Below are positions 53,301-63,046 of a stretch of 64,000 nt of DNA, piece by piece (the first letter of the stretch is position 1; the number at the start of each line of letters is the position of its first letter). The notes under the pieces are model-generated. The model was given only the letters and a program-made list of their open reading frames with translations, searched no databases and was not told the DNA's origin. Source of the DNA: a virus; the IMG/VR virus record IMGVR_UViG_3300020027_000006, positions 11,245 to 75,244 of that record; one strand, given 5' to 3'. Made by a program: the position numbers and the translations under genes.

Positions 53301-55885
53301 ACTCTGATAGAGAACGTGTAGAAGGTTACTTAGCATGGAAGTACGGCAGAGAGTCTACTCTTCCAATTGGACACGTCTATAAGTCTAACCCTCCTATGTT
53401 TGGAGAAGAGCATCAAGGTAAGGCTTGTATTCAAAAAATCACTACAGTCACACAGACTGGTAAGGCGGCTATAACTAACTCGTCTACACGAACACAGTCT
53501 GGTAAAGCTGCTATACGTAAGACTACGAGTTTTAGTCAAATAGGTGCAAGTCGTATCCGACAGAGTGCAACAAACACACAAACGGGTTTAGTTCGTATAC
53601 GAACTAATGTTTCTCGTACTCAAACAGGTTTAAGCCGTATAACTTCCTCTACCTTACGAACACAAAACGGAGTTTCCAATATTTATGCTACTACTGTTCG
53701 CACACAAATAGGAGTCTCACGGATACAAAAAACAATACTTCAAACACAGATTGGTGTTTCTCGTATACTTAAATCTGTGCTTCAAATTCAGTTAGGCAAA
53801 GCGTTTATAAATACTACTTTTTCTACTACACGTACACAAGGTGGTGTAAGTAGAATTCAAAAAACAGTAGCTTTAAATCGAACTGGGGTATCTCGAATTA
53901 CTTTATCTGTGACTGGCATACAAACAGGTAAAGCCTCCATACAAGCAACTACATTAAGAACTCAGGTTGGCGTTAGTCGTATTCTGAGAGTGGTTACATT
54001 AACACAAATCGGTTTAAGTAGAATACAAAAATCAGAGATTTTTACTCAAACAGGTATTTCTCGTATAAGGAAGTCAGTAAGTCAAATACAGAATGGACTT
54101 GCTCGTATAACTTCGTCTACTAATCGTATCCAGCTTGGTTTATCTGCTGTACGTAATACAACAATACGAACTCAGTTAGGTAAAGCAGATGTACAGTTAG
54201 CGACTACACGATTACAGCTTGGTATTTCTGACATACGTAAAACAACTGTACTTAATCAAATTGGTGTAGCTAGAATACGTATAACTACGAATTTTACTCA
54301 GACAGGTACTTCCCGCATAGGTAAATCAGTTATTTATCTTCAAACTGGGCTATCACGTATAACCTCCTCTACTAATCGTACTCAACTTGGTGTATCTGCT
54401 GTACGTAACACAAATTCTTATACTGTAATAGGTAAAGGTCTTATAACAGGAGCTCAAACTTCTTCTATTGACGGTCGTGCCGATATACGTAATTCCACCA
54501 CATATGTACAAACTGGTATTGCTCGTATTGGGTACATCATTAGTAAAACACAGATAGGACTATCTCGATTACAGAATATAATAACTGTAACTCAAACAGG
54601 AGTTTCTCGTATAGTAAAATCTGTGTTACAGACTCAGACCGGTATTTCAAGATTACAAAAATTTGTATTCAATAATCAAATAGGTGTGTCTCGTGTACAA
54701 AAACTTGAGGTAAGAACGCAATCTGGAGTTGCTCGGATATACGGAATAACTCAGCAGACACAGATAGGTATAGCACGGGTTATAAAGTTTGGACAGGTCA
54801 GTTTAAACGGTAAAGCTTCTATACGCAACACCTCAAGTAATTTACAATTAGGTGTTGCCCGTATACGTATAACTTCTACTAAAATTCAAGTAGGTGTATC
54901 TCGAATAAATCAGATATTAAACAGAACACAGAATGGACTTGCCCGTATAACTGCGTCTACTGTTAGATTATTAATAGGTAAAACTTCTATTTATAAAATA
55001 ACAATTCAGGCTCAGACCGGTTCAGGATTAATAACAAATGGTCAGACTGTAAGTCTAATTGGTGTTTCAGATATTACTAATTCTTCAGTAAAAACACAGG
55101 TAGGAATATTTCGAGTACAGAATACAGTAACTGTAAATCGAACAGGTAAAGCCTCTATAAGAAACACAAATACTCGAACTCAATCAGGATTGAATCGTAT
55201 AACTCAGTTTTCTAGTGGGATGCAATTAGGTTTGTCTCGTATAACTGGAAGAATTATACATACACAGTTAGGTTTATCTCGAATTGGTTATGTTGAAGTT
55301 CAAACCCAGATTGGTAAATCTCGCGTCACTAATGGGACAATTAAAACTCAGTTTGGAGCAGCTAGAGTTCGTAAAACCGGTGTTATTTCTATTTCTGGTT
55401 TATCTCGAATACGTAAAACTATACTTGCTACACAAATAGGTTCATCTCGAATAACAGCTGTTGGAGTAGTTTCGCAGATTGGAAAATCTCGCATCACTAA
55501 AACTTCTAACTTCTCTCAAGCAGGAGTAAGTCGTATACGTGTTACCTCTTTTAACACTCAAGTAGGCAAGAGTTTAATAACTTCGTCTACATTGATTGTA
55601 CAGTCAGGTTCTGCTCGTATAATAAATACAGCAACAACTATACAATCAGGGTTGAGTCGTATAACTCAAACAAGAGCTAACACTCAGATAGGGTGTGCTC
55701 GAATAGGGCTACGCACACAAAGAGTACAGTTAGGAACTGCTCATATTATATTTGTATTTGTAGAAGCTGTTGCTAAAAATAAGAGTACCGAAAATCTCGT
55801 GACATTAAATACAAATAAAGGTTTAAATGTCACACAATCTATTAAAAATTTAACAGTAGTTTCAAATGGAACAGAAGAAGTATAA
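50324..55885 (+). CDS. Giant fibre/adhesin-like protein with about 13-aa TQxGxSRI repeats, duplicated Ig/FN3-like modules and a LamG-like domain
   Basis: Dozens of QTG(V/K)(S/A)RI units; two GTDTTPT...SFTVQAGD...WRVR modules; WxDxSGNG...GDIAEV...VEGYLAWKYG. Confidence 0.75.
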   Translation: MIYYLPQIPQPQRKIAAVLLLSVTTTKTQVGVARLIKSVTQTQAGVSLIQATVLKTQTGTARIRASATKTQIGISRIQVVPSTVLTTTDGHNFGTDTTPTLEFVGSDGNSDDITYEVEIVSSYVSDLSTFNNNSILLSSTTNKAIGQSFTGDGGTLSKLTLNLSKIGVPTGNAVAHVYAHSGTYGTSSIPTGAPIATSDNFNVATLTSLVTSRNIIFSGVNKIVLTNATNYVIAIEYTGGDGSNNIQVGYSTSVSPHTGNANFENTSNVWTAFATSDLYFYLTCEKTLNKLSNADSGFLNLDNGGDTNPFTSGDDISFTVQAGDALHVGSHSWRVRGKDPTGTNTFGAWTTARVIYISETSTKTQSGVSRIQVTPTIVPNTVDGTSFGTDTTPTIEFTGTDGNNDDIEYQIQISQNNTFPSDVITSVDLTGSPFDLDLAGFFSEVGQSFQGTNDALSIARFRIKQSGTSGTLIAKLYAHSGTYGTSSVPDTGTLLATSNSVNISTVGSSYNWVDFTFSSPYTVVSGTNYVIVLETSVSGGASSAECLTDPAAHSGNLSFFSGFWSSIGFDLSIQLVKTVSSVDLVIDKTSVAHAGFLNTVNGGDTHPFTSSEKVSFTVQAGDVLIPALYYWRVRAVDLTGTNAYSSWTTTRSFYVYVTTTKTQIGISRITSSSSNTQAGVSRIRKSAGQTQTGFTRITTFTQRNQTGKSAVQNTTTITRIGVSRITKASVVTHLGKAAIYNTTSRTQVGVSRVTKIVTQIQTGISAISKTVLRTQTGLARIQITSISSTLRLWTPYDTSSPVWWVDATQLIGYVDNDPVISWDDSSGNGVPATNGVFNAPHYKTNQLNGHPVVNFVAANNEGLRAYPTVNIPYSIFAVARIGATSERLIGSVYPEHQNWVIGWHSAKEDVFYANGWVEPTGVSPTFDWKIYSATGTGAVASFYSSGNLIASNSSGVAGVNGGIALSGYGSSSTSELSDGDIAEVLMYTTALTDSDRERVEGYLAWKYGRESTLPIGHVYKSNPPMFGEEHQGKACIQKITTVTQTGKAAITNSSTRTQSGKAAIRKTTSFSQIGASRIRQSATNTQTGLVRIRTNVSRTQTGLSRITSSTLRTQNGVSNIYATTVRTQIGVSRIQKTILQTQIGVSRILKSVLQIQLGKAFINTTFSTTRTQGGVSRIQKTVALNRTGVSRITLSVTGIQTGKASIQATTLRTQVGVSRILRVVTLTQIGLSRIQKSEIFTQTGISRIRKSVSQIQNGLARITSSTNRIQLGLSAVRNTTIRTQLGKADVQLATTRLQLGISDIRKTTVLNQIGVARIRITTNFTQTGTSRIGKSVIYLQTGLSRITSSTNRTQLGVSAVRNTNSYTVIGKGLITGAQTSSIDGRADIRNSTTYVQTGIARIGYIISKTQIGLSRLQNIITVTQTGVSRIVKSVLQTQTGISRLQKFVFNNQIGVSRVQKLEVRTQSGVARIYGITQQTQIGIARVIKFGQVSLNGKASIRNTSSNLQLGVARIRITSTKIQVGVSRINQILNRTQNGLARITASTVRLLIGKTSIYKITIQAQTGSGLITNGQTVSLIGVSDITNSSVKTQVGIFRVQNTVTVNRTGKASIRNTNTRTQSGLNRITQFSSGMQLGLSRITGRIIHTQLGLSRIGYVEVQTQIGKSRVTNGTIKTQFGAARVRKTGVISISGLSRIRKTILATQIGSSRITAVGVVSQIGKSRITKTSNFSQAGVSRIRVTSFNTQVGKSLITSSTLIVQSGSARIINTATTIQSGLSRITQTRANTQIGCARIGLRTQRVQLGTAHIIFVFVEAVAKNKSTENLVTLNTNKGLNVTQSIKNLTVVSNGTEEV

Positions 55886-55923
55886 AGGTTGTAATTTAAT
55901 TATAAATGGAGTAAAATTTTCAT

Positions 55924-56298
55924 ATGGCAGATTTAGAAAACACAATAGACGATTTAGTGGTTGGGGATGATTTTGATGTAATACGAGATATTACTATTAT
56001 CCCTGCAAGTCAAACAATAACCGAGGCTTGGATGACAGTAAGAGAAGAGTCTTGGTCATCTTCTGCTGTATTCACTAAACATATTACTCCTACCATATCA
56101 GGAGATGGGTTGATTGAAGATACAGGAGCGGATACTGTAGGAAGAGTAATATTCACTCTTTTAAATACTGACACAATAGAGCTTCATGAATATTTTTCAT
56201 ATGCGTATGATATTCAAATAAAAACAAGTGCTGGAAAATTATATACTCTTGAGTCAGGTTTACTAACTCCTCATGCTAGTGTTACATCTGAAGTTTAA
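55924..56298 (+). CDS. BppU N-terminal-like structural protein
   Basis: GDDF...YAYDIQI...YTLESG. Confidence 0.6.
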   Translation: MADLENTIDDLVVGDDFDVIRDITIIPASQTITEAWMTVREESWSSSAVFTKHITPTISGDGLIEDTGADTVGRVIFTLLNTDTIELHEYFSYAYDIQIKTSAGKLYTLESGLLTPHASVTSEV

Positions 56299-56300
56299 TT

Positions 56301-56855
56301 ATGGCAATAGATTATTACACTGTGGGAGGTAGTTATAGCTGGCTTTGTCCATCTGGAGTTACTTCTGTAGACATTGATGTAGAAGGTGCAGGCGGAGGCG
56401 GAGGAGCAGGAGACAATGTAGGGTTTATCATTGGAGGTGGTGGAGGCTCAGGAGGTAATTCTACTAAGGTTGGGTACTCGGTCACGCCCGGTAACAGTTA
56501 TACAGTAGAAGTAGGCTCTGGAGGTGCAGGAGGAAGTTTTGGTGCTGATGGGGATACCGGAGGTCAGAGTTACTTCTCTTCTGCAGTAGTTGTTAGAGCT
56601 TTTGGAGGTAATGGAGGCCAATCCGGTTTCTCAGGAGGCAGCGGAGGTTCTGGGGCTTCATCTGGTACTGGGACATCTACAAATCCGGGCACTTCAGGTA
56701 ATCCCAATAACGGAGGTGCTTTTGCAGCATACGGTTACGGTGGTGAAGGTGGTGAAGGGTTCGGTGGACTCACTAATGGACAAGCTGGCGGAGATGGGCT
56801 TGTGCAGATTTCTTATGTTGCTACTCCTCCTCAATATTATATAGCTTATCAGTAG
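56301..56855 (+). CDS. Glycine-rich virion protein
   Basis: CPSGVTSV...GAGGGGG...VTPGNSYTVEVGSGG. Confidence 0.7.
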   Translation: MAIDYYTVGGSYSWLCPSGVTSVDIDVEGAGGGGGAGDNVGFIIGGGGGSGGNSTKVGYSVTPGNSYTVEVGSGGAGGSFGADGDTGGQSYFSSAVVVRAFGGNGGQSGFSGGSGGSGASSGTGTSTNPGTSGNPNNGGAFAAYGYGGEGGEGFGGLTNGQAGGDGLVQISYVATPPQYYIAYQ

Positions 56856-56891
56856 TTGAAAAACAGAAAAAAATATATTATACTATAACAC

Positions 56892-57632
56892 ATGTGGACA
56901 AAGACTTCGGATAGATGGCAAAAAAAGCCAGGCTCGTTTGATAAATTAAATATGCAGCACATTTTTCCTTCTAACAACAAGTATGGAATTCCTAATTTAA
57001 TTGCACCTACTATGATAGAGTTGCCAGAACCTCCTACTTGTTTAATACCTTACAATTTGAGAGTTCGTTCAGAGTTAGGATACTCTGACGCAGCTATGCA
57101 TTTCTTTTTGGATGATTATAGATTTGAATTCGTGTGGACGAATCCAACACAATCTTTTGAACGAATATCGAAAGCATGGCTCGCTGTCACTCCTGATTTT
57201 TCGTTATATGCGGATTTTCCGATAGCTGCTCAAATATGGAATACATACAGAAATAGATGGTGTGGAGCTTTTTGGCAATCTAAAGGACTAGTAGTGGTTC
57301 CTAGTGTTTCTTGGAGTACGACAGAAAGCTATGATTTTTGTTTTGAGGGTATAGAAAAACACTCTCCTGTTGCTATATCTACACAAGGAATGAAATGGGA
57401 TTCTGAAACTCTTGAAAAATTTCAAGAGGGTATGAGTGAAATGGTTCGTAGAATAGAGCCTCGCTTTATTATCTCTTATGGAAAAATGGACGAAGAGTTA
57501 GTAAGTCAGTACCCAGATACTCCTATTAAACTTTATCCTACTTACTGGGATGGGCTAACTAAAGCACGTAAAGCAGGTATAGCCAAAGATTTTTACAGTG
57601 GAGAGCCCAGCGTACATAATGGAGAGTTTTAA
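56892..57632 (+). CDS. DUF4417 domain protein
   Basis: HFFLDDYRFE, TPDFSLYADFP, QIWNTYRNRW, VVPSVSW. Confidence 0.85.
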   Translation: MWTKTSDRWQKKPGSFDKLNMQHIFPSNNKYGIPNLIAPTMIELPEPPTCLIPYNLRVRSELGYSDAAMHFFLDDYRFEFVWTNPTQSFERISKAWLAVTPDFSLYADFPIAAQIWNTYRNRWCGAFWQSKGLVVVPSVSWSTTESYDFCFEGIEKHSPVAISTQGMKWDSETLEKFQEGMSEMVRRIEPRFIISYGKMDEELVSQYPDTPIKLYPTYWDGLTKARKAGIAKDFYSGEPSVHNGEF

Positions 57633-58695
57633 TGGGAAAAATAGAAATATGTAAGTATTGTGGACAAGAGTTAGATAAGGATTCTAATGAGCGTAAGGAA
57701 ATTCAAGAAACTCAGTTAAAAAATATTATTGACGTTAGCGATGCTTTAACAGAACGCCAGAATAAGTTGGATGCTGCTTCTCACGAAATGCTTGATATAA
57801 TTCAACGAATTGAAGTAAAAGTTGGAGCAGATATGCAAACGTTACAAGAAGTTAAAGAGTTAGAAGCCAGAATAAGAGCGAAGATTTTGGTAGAGGATAA
57901 AAGACAAGATTTATTTAAAAATAGTAAGTAATTGGAGGGTTTGTGAGTAAGTTAATTAATTTAGAAGTAATGACCATAGAAGATGGTTATGTTGTTTTAG
58001 AGTCAGAAGGCGGAATTCAAATAGAAATGGAAGAATCTTTTTTACCTGATAATTTAAGAGAAGGTAAGTTTTTGCGTTTTGTAATCAGTCATACGGATTA
58101 TGACCCCGATAAACAAGAAAATTATATTTTTAAAAATAAATCAACCATTACAGGACTTCCTGACGTTGTTAACGGTAGAAAGTTAATGTATTAAATTCAT
58201 GCCAAAAACTTTAACAACAAAACAGAAATGCGAAAAACTTGCTAGAGTTTTAGAAACAGTTGCAAGTAAAATATCCGACCCTAATATGGGAGAAGATATT
58301 TGGAAATCAGAAGAACCTACTTTGCAGATTTTGGTAGCTCAGTTAAGTATATTACTTAAAAGAGCTGATAAATTATCCAAACAATCAGATATAAAAAATA
58401 CTCAGATTGAAGATGACTGGCCTGACATAATACTAGATTAATAGTAAAAAATTATAATTTTCAAGTTTAATTTTGTATTTTCTTCAGAAAGTTATATAAA
58501 AGCTATAAAACGCCTTGACAAAGAACTGTCTATAAATTACAGTATTAACTATACTTAAAGAAGTTTAACAAAATAGAGTACTAAAAATTTTGTTAAATAA
58601 GGCATTACAGGCTACAAGATAGCCAATTTGATAAAATCAGTGAAACAACACTTTAAAATTTGGTTGCGGGCGAAAAATTGGGGATATATTAGTTT

Positions 58696-60411
58696 ATGCC
58701 AGCTGTAAAACAAGAGTTAAAAGACGAAAAAACAATAGCTGTCGACCCAAGAAAAGAATATGTAGCTGGAGGACAGCTAGGCGGTACTTATTTTGGAAAC
58801 GGTTCCAGTGCTACAACACTGTCAGGTTTAAACGAACCTAAAGAATCATATCATTCTGCTAAAACTTATGAGCAGATGACCAAAGACCCTAAAATAGCGA
58901 AGGCGTTAACTTTGTTAACAATTTCTACGCTAGGAGATGGGATAGAATTGTTACCAGCCGTTCCTGAATCCCATGAGGATTACGAAGTTGCATCAGAAAT
59001 TGCAGAGTTTTGTGATAAAGCTCTTAAAGAGTTGGATGTACCTCTGAGATATACTCTAGAGCAGATGATGGAAGCTTTAGTGTATGGACATAAAATTGCA
59101 GAGATAACATATAAAACAACTACTGTTAATGGATTTCCGGGTATATATTTAGTACCTGCTACCATTAAAGTTAAAAAGTTAGATACAGTAAGATTTGTAG
59201 TAGACGATAAAGGTAATATTTTAGGGCTTGCAGCTAAAAATCTTGATTTAAAAGGCTCTTCTTTAGAGAATGATGCCACAACTCAAGCAGCAAAAGGCGG
59301 GTTAGGTTTGACTAGAGGAGCAAATGGTCAGGCTTATATAGATGGAAAGGCTCTTTTACCCCGTGAAAAATTTTTGGTATTGACAATTAAAGGTAAAGAC
59401 GGAGACCCTAGAGGCCAGTCTATGCTTGCACCGGCTTTTAAGGTCTGGCATCTGAAAACACAGATATGGCCTGAATACTTACGTTATCTTCTTCTTTGTG
59501 CTATCCCACTTCTTGTTGGATACACTCCAGAAAATGATGCAGGAGTTAAAGAACTATTACGAGGTGCGGATGGACAACCTGCTAGAGACCCTGCAACAGG
59601 TAATTTTATTGAAGCTAATCCTGTTGAACACATGCGTGATGCTTTATTAAATGCTCGAGATGGAGAGGTTCTTGCAGTTAAAGGCGGTTCTAAGATTCAA
59701 GAAATCGGAGCTCAAGGAGCTGGCACACCTTTCTTTAAGGCGATAGAGTTATTTGATAGCCAAATGGAGACAGCAATTTTATTGCAGACATTGGCAACGA
59801 GTGAAGGTATTCACCAAAACAGAGCAGCTTCTACTATGCATATGAGCGTACTAGACCAACTGGTTTGGTGGTTAAAAGGCATCGTCGTTGATATGCTGGT
59901 TTCGGATTTGCTCCGTCCGACTGTCAGGTTTAATTTTGGTGACGATGCCCTTGATTTAGTTCCAAAAGCAACTTTAGGTGATACAGAAAGAAGAGAGTTT
60001 TCAACTGATGCAGCGGCAGTGGCAGCTTTATATAAAGCAGGTTATTTACAGCCAGACCAGTTAAAACAAACTGATGCTATGTTAGGTTTGGGTATTCGTC
60101 AAACAGTTGACCCGCTACAATTAATTCAGCAACTGCAAGCCGCTGGAGTATCTATTGTAGCAGTTCCGCCGCCTGCAGAACAGGCAGCACAGATTCAGGC
60201 AGGGCCGGGTGGCGGAGTAGCCCCCGTTCCTGTAGCACCGTCAGGTGTAGCTTTACCGGTTGGTAAGAGCCTTAGTTCAGATTCCAACAATGGAAGAAAA
60301 CTAAATAGAGGCGGAAATGTGAAGTTTCCAGCTGCAGGCAGAGTAAAAGCAAAATTGAATAAGTCTCCAAAAAATGAGACTTTTCCATCTAGCATAAATA
60401 CGAAACCTTAA
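58696..60411 (+). CDS. Portal protein (DUF935/Mu gp29-like)
   Basis: ALVYGHKIAEITY, GDPRGQSML, IPLLVG, ILLQTL; position ahead of the protease gene. Confidence 0.8.
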   Translation: MPAVKQELKDEKTIAVDPRKEYVAGGQLGGTYFGNGSSATTLSGLNEPKESYHSAKTYEQMTKDPKIAKALTLLTISTLGDGIELLPAVPESHEDYEVASEIAEFCDKALKELDVPLRYTLEQMMEALVYGHKIAEITYKTTTVNGFPGIYLVPATIKVKKLDTVRFVVDDKGNILGLAAKNLDLKGSSLENDATTQAAKGGLGLTRGANGQAYIDGKALLPREKFLVLTIKGKDGDPRGQSMLAPAFKVWHLKTQIWPEYLRYLLLCAIPLLVGYTPENDAGVKELLRGADGQPARDPATGNFIEANPVEHMRDALLNARDGEVLAVKGGSKIQEIGAQGAGTPFFKAIELFDSQMETAILLQTLATSEGIHQNRAASTMHMSVLDQLVWWLKGIVVDMLVSDLLRPTVRFNFGDDALDLVPKATLGDTERREFSTDAAAVAALYKAGYLQPDQLKQTDAMLGLGIRQTVDPLQLIQQLQAAGVSIVAVPPPAEQAAQIQAGPGGGVAPVPVAPSGVALPVGKSLSSDSNNGRKLNRGGNVKFPAAGRVKAKLNKSPKNETFPSSINTKP

Positions 60412-60421
60412 GGAGAATTAG

Positions 60422-60517
60422 ATGAAAGTGCTTTTTAATTATTTATCAGCAGAAGAACGAAATGCTCTAGCGGCGGAAGAATTCGGTGACCCTACACGAA
60501 GATTATTTCCTGTATAG
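60422..60517 (+). pseudogene. Truncated duplicate of the prohead protease N-terminus
   Basis: MKVLFNYLSAEERNALAAEEFGDPTRRLFPV* vs IKFTYLTDEDRKKLPLEDFGDPNRRLFPL; AAGGAG RBS. Confidence 0.75.
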
Positions 60518-60524
60518 ATGAATT

Positions 60525-61304
60525 ATGAGTAAGCGATTGGAGATGCCTGATGAGAATGTAAGAAATGCTGTTATTGCAGATTATCAATCTGGAATGTGGA
60601 TGAGGCACTTAAAGTTAAAGTATGAGTCATATGGAGTTGGGTGGAATAATTTGAAAATTATTTTAGACGCTAATATGAGAAGAAAACGAGTGTTCAAATT
60701 TGATAAAAACTTTTTTTCTCTAAACACAGAAAAAAGTTTTTATTGGGCAGGATTTATCATGGCAGATGGTTCAATATCCAAAAGAGCTAATTCTACACAA
60801 TTAAGTTTAGTATTAAACTCTAAAGATGAAAATCATTTAAGGCAGTTTGCTTCAGATATTGAATGTGAAGATGATTATATCAAAGTATACGGTGACACTA
60901 TTGGAATAAGATTGACTGCTAAAGAGTTTGAAACAGATTTGATAAAGTTTGGAATTATACCGAGAAAAACTTATAATTTTATCGGGGCGAATAAAGAAGT
61001 TAGTAAGAATAAATTGATAGTTCATTATCTAAGAGGGTGGATAGATGGAGATGGTTACATACGAACTGATAAATGGTGTGAAAGAATGAAGCTTGCTGGT
61101 AATACAGAATCTTTATATTGGTTTAGTGAGCAGTTAATAGATTTAGGATTCAGTAAAGTTCCATTAATCTACCCACAAAAAGGCAAAGTTTGGGGAGAAT
61201 TAATTATATCTGGTAAAAAGAATATAAAAGAACTTTATAGTTTATTGGAGTGTGGGCAATTTACAGAATTATCTCGTAAGTGGGATAAAATAAAGAGTTT
61301 ATAA
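60525..61304 (+). CDS. Free-standing LAGLIDADG homing endonuclease
   Basis: YWAGFIMADGSI and YLRGWIDGDG. Confidence 0.9.
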   Translation: MSKRLEMPDENVRNAVIADYQSGMWMRHLKLKYESYGVGWNNLKIILDANMRRKRVFKFDKNFFSLNTEKSFYWAGFIMADGSISKRANSTQLSLVLNSKDENHLRQFASDIECEDDYIKVYGDTIGIRLTAKEFETDLIKFGIIPRKTYNFIGANKEVSKNKLIVHYLRGWIDGDGYIRTDKWCERMKLAGNTESLYWFSEQLIDLGFSKVPLIYPQKGKVWGELIISGKKNIKELYSLLECGQFTELSRKWDKIKSL

Positions 61305-61305
61305 T

Positions 61306-63027
61306 ATGCAAAACACGATTAAATTTACATACTTGACCGATGAGGATAGGAAAAAACTCCCTCTTGAGGACTTTGGCGACCCTAATAGAAGGTTGTTCCC
61401 TCTGATTACTCAGGAGGATGTAGACAAAGCACCTCATAGAGTATCTGCTTTAACCAATTTGGAAGAAGTAAAAAACAGAATTATTGATATTGCAAATAGA
61501 AAAGGCTTTCTATTGCCGGTTAATTGGATGAGTGAAACAAAAGAGATAGAACATTCTATGTTCTCTGTAAAAAATGAAAAATCTGACGCTATTGCAGAAT
61601 TTGAATTGGATTCAAGCACAGCTAAAGATACCAATGATGGAGAATATATACTCCGCACAGGTAAAATTTTTGAAGCAGGTCAGTATCCCGACAAGAAGTT
61701 TGAAATAACTCCAGAAGAGTTATGTGAGGCTATTGCGGATTTTGCTCCTGTAGACCTTGATTTAGAACACATGCCTACTATACTAGACGGAAAACTAGGA
61801 AAATTAGAGGCGGTTGCATTAGGTGCAGATGGTTGGTCATTGATAGGAACAGTTCGTTTACCTAAATGGTTAGATAAACAGCTGGGAGAAGCAGAGCGTA
61901 AAGTTTCTGCAACTTGGGATAGAGCGACTAAGAAACTTACAAAGCTTGCATTAGTTCGTAATCCTCGTGTTAAAGATGCAGCTCTTATGGCAGCTTTTAT
62001 GGCTAACGAATTTTCAGACCAGATTGAAGGGGCGACAGAATCTGATTTAGCTAAAACCATTGAGACACTCATGGAAGCCAAATTCGGTAAAAAAACTTGG
62101 GACGGAATATCCTTAATGCAGGGTATACATGATATGGCTGCACGTTCAGGTGCAGTGTGTTATGACGACCAACAGAAATTTAGTGAAGCAGAAGTAGAAG
62201 GTTTTGTATCATCTGCGGAAGCAAAATTAATACAACAGATACATGATGCCGCTTTACGTGGCAGTGCAAAATGTACTTTTTTAAAAGAAAGGAGCGGCAC
62301 AGAAGCCTCTTCAAACTATACTAAGGAGAATAATAAAATGACATTAGAAGATGTGAAAAGCTTTTTCAAATCTATGCCTGATAGCGAAGATGGAAAAGTG
62401 AATACAGAACTAAATGCTGAAGAGATTGCCAAAGAAATTAAGACCGCTGCAGAAACTGCTGCTAACGCTGCTGTTGAGGCATTTAAGTCTGAGTTAAAGG
62501 CTGAAGAAGAGGCTAAGGCTGCTACTCTAGCCGCAGAGCTAGAAGTTGCTGAAGTTGAAGAAGAGAAAGAATCTAAGGTTGAGGATAAAGTTGAGCATTC
62601 AGCTGTTGAACCTACCGACCGTGAAAAAGCTCTAGAAGCACAAATCGAAGAATTAAAGCAAAAAGATATTAGTCGTGAAGCAGAGAAATTTGCTGACACC
62701 GAAATTAAAACAGGTCGAGCATTTCCAGCAGAACGTGCTACTTTGATTGCTCTATTCTCACAGGCAACAAACGATGACAATGCATCAGAAGTAAAAGTAG
62801 CCTTCAAACAAGGCGAAGAAAATGTTGAAGTTAGTCGTGTAGAAGCTATTAAAGCTCTTTACTCGGTACGTAACCCACACAATATGACATATGATGACAT
62901 TGAAGATTTAAATTTGAATGTATTGGCTGTTTACAATGAAGAAGATTCTGATTATCTTGGTGATGCTGAAAAGCAGGCTAAAGAATATGCATCAAAAAAG
63001 AAAGCTTCAGGTAAAGGAAATTACTAA
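61306..63027 (+). CDS. Prohead protease/scaffold
   Basis: PVDLDLEH, VSATW, LALVRNPRV then acidic coiled-coil scaffold; downstream of portal. Confidence 0.7.
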   Translation: MQNTIKFTYLTDEDRKKLPLEDFGDPNRRLFPLITQEDVDKAPHRVSALTNLEEVKNRIIDIANRKGFLLPVNWMSETKEIEHSMFSVKNEKSDAIAEFELDSSTAKDTNDGEYILRTGKIFEAGQYPDKKFEITPEELCEAIADFAPVDLDLEHMPTILDGKLGKLEAVALGADGWSLIGTVRLPKWLDKQLGEAERKVSATWDRATKKLTKLALVRNPRVKDAALMAAFMANEFSDQIEGATESDLAKTIETLMEAKFGKKTWDGISLMQGIHDMAARSGAVCYDDQQKFSEAEVEGFVSSAEAKLIQQIHDAALRGSAKCTFLKERSGTEASSNYTKENNKMTLEDVKSFFKSMPDSEDGKVNTELNAEEIAKEIKTAAETAANAAVEAFKSELKAEEEAKAATLAAELEVAEVEEEKESKVEDKVEHSAVEPTDREKALEAQIEELKQKDISREAEKFADTEIKTGRAFPAERATLIALFSQATNDDNASEVKVAFKQGEENVEVSRVEAIKALYSVRNPHNMTYDDIEDLNLNVLAVYNEEDSDYLGDAEKQAKEYASKKKASGKGNY

Positions 63028-63046
63028 TTAATAGAGGTAAACTGAT

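Noticed and set aside
50324-55885. Diversity-generating retroelement in the repeat protein
   Set aside because: No reverse transcriptase and no TR/VR pair differing at adenines was seen
60422-61304. Group I intron around the LAGLIDADG gene
   Set aside because: Only 7 nt and 1 nt flank the ORF, leaving no room for a ribozyme core, and the downstream gene has its own complete N-terminus
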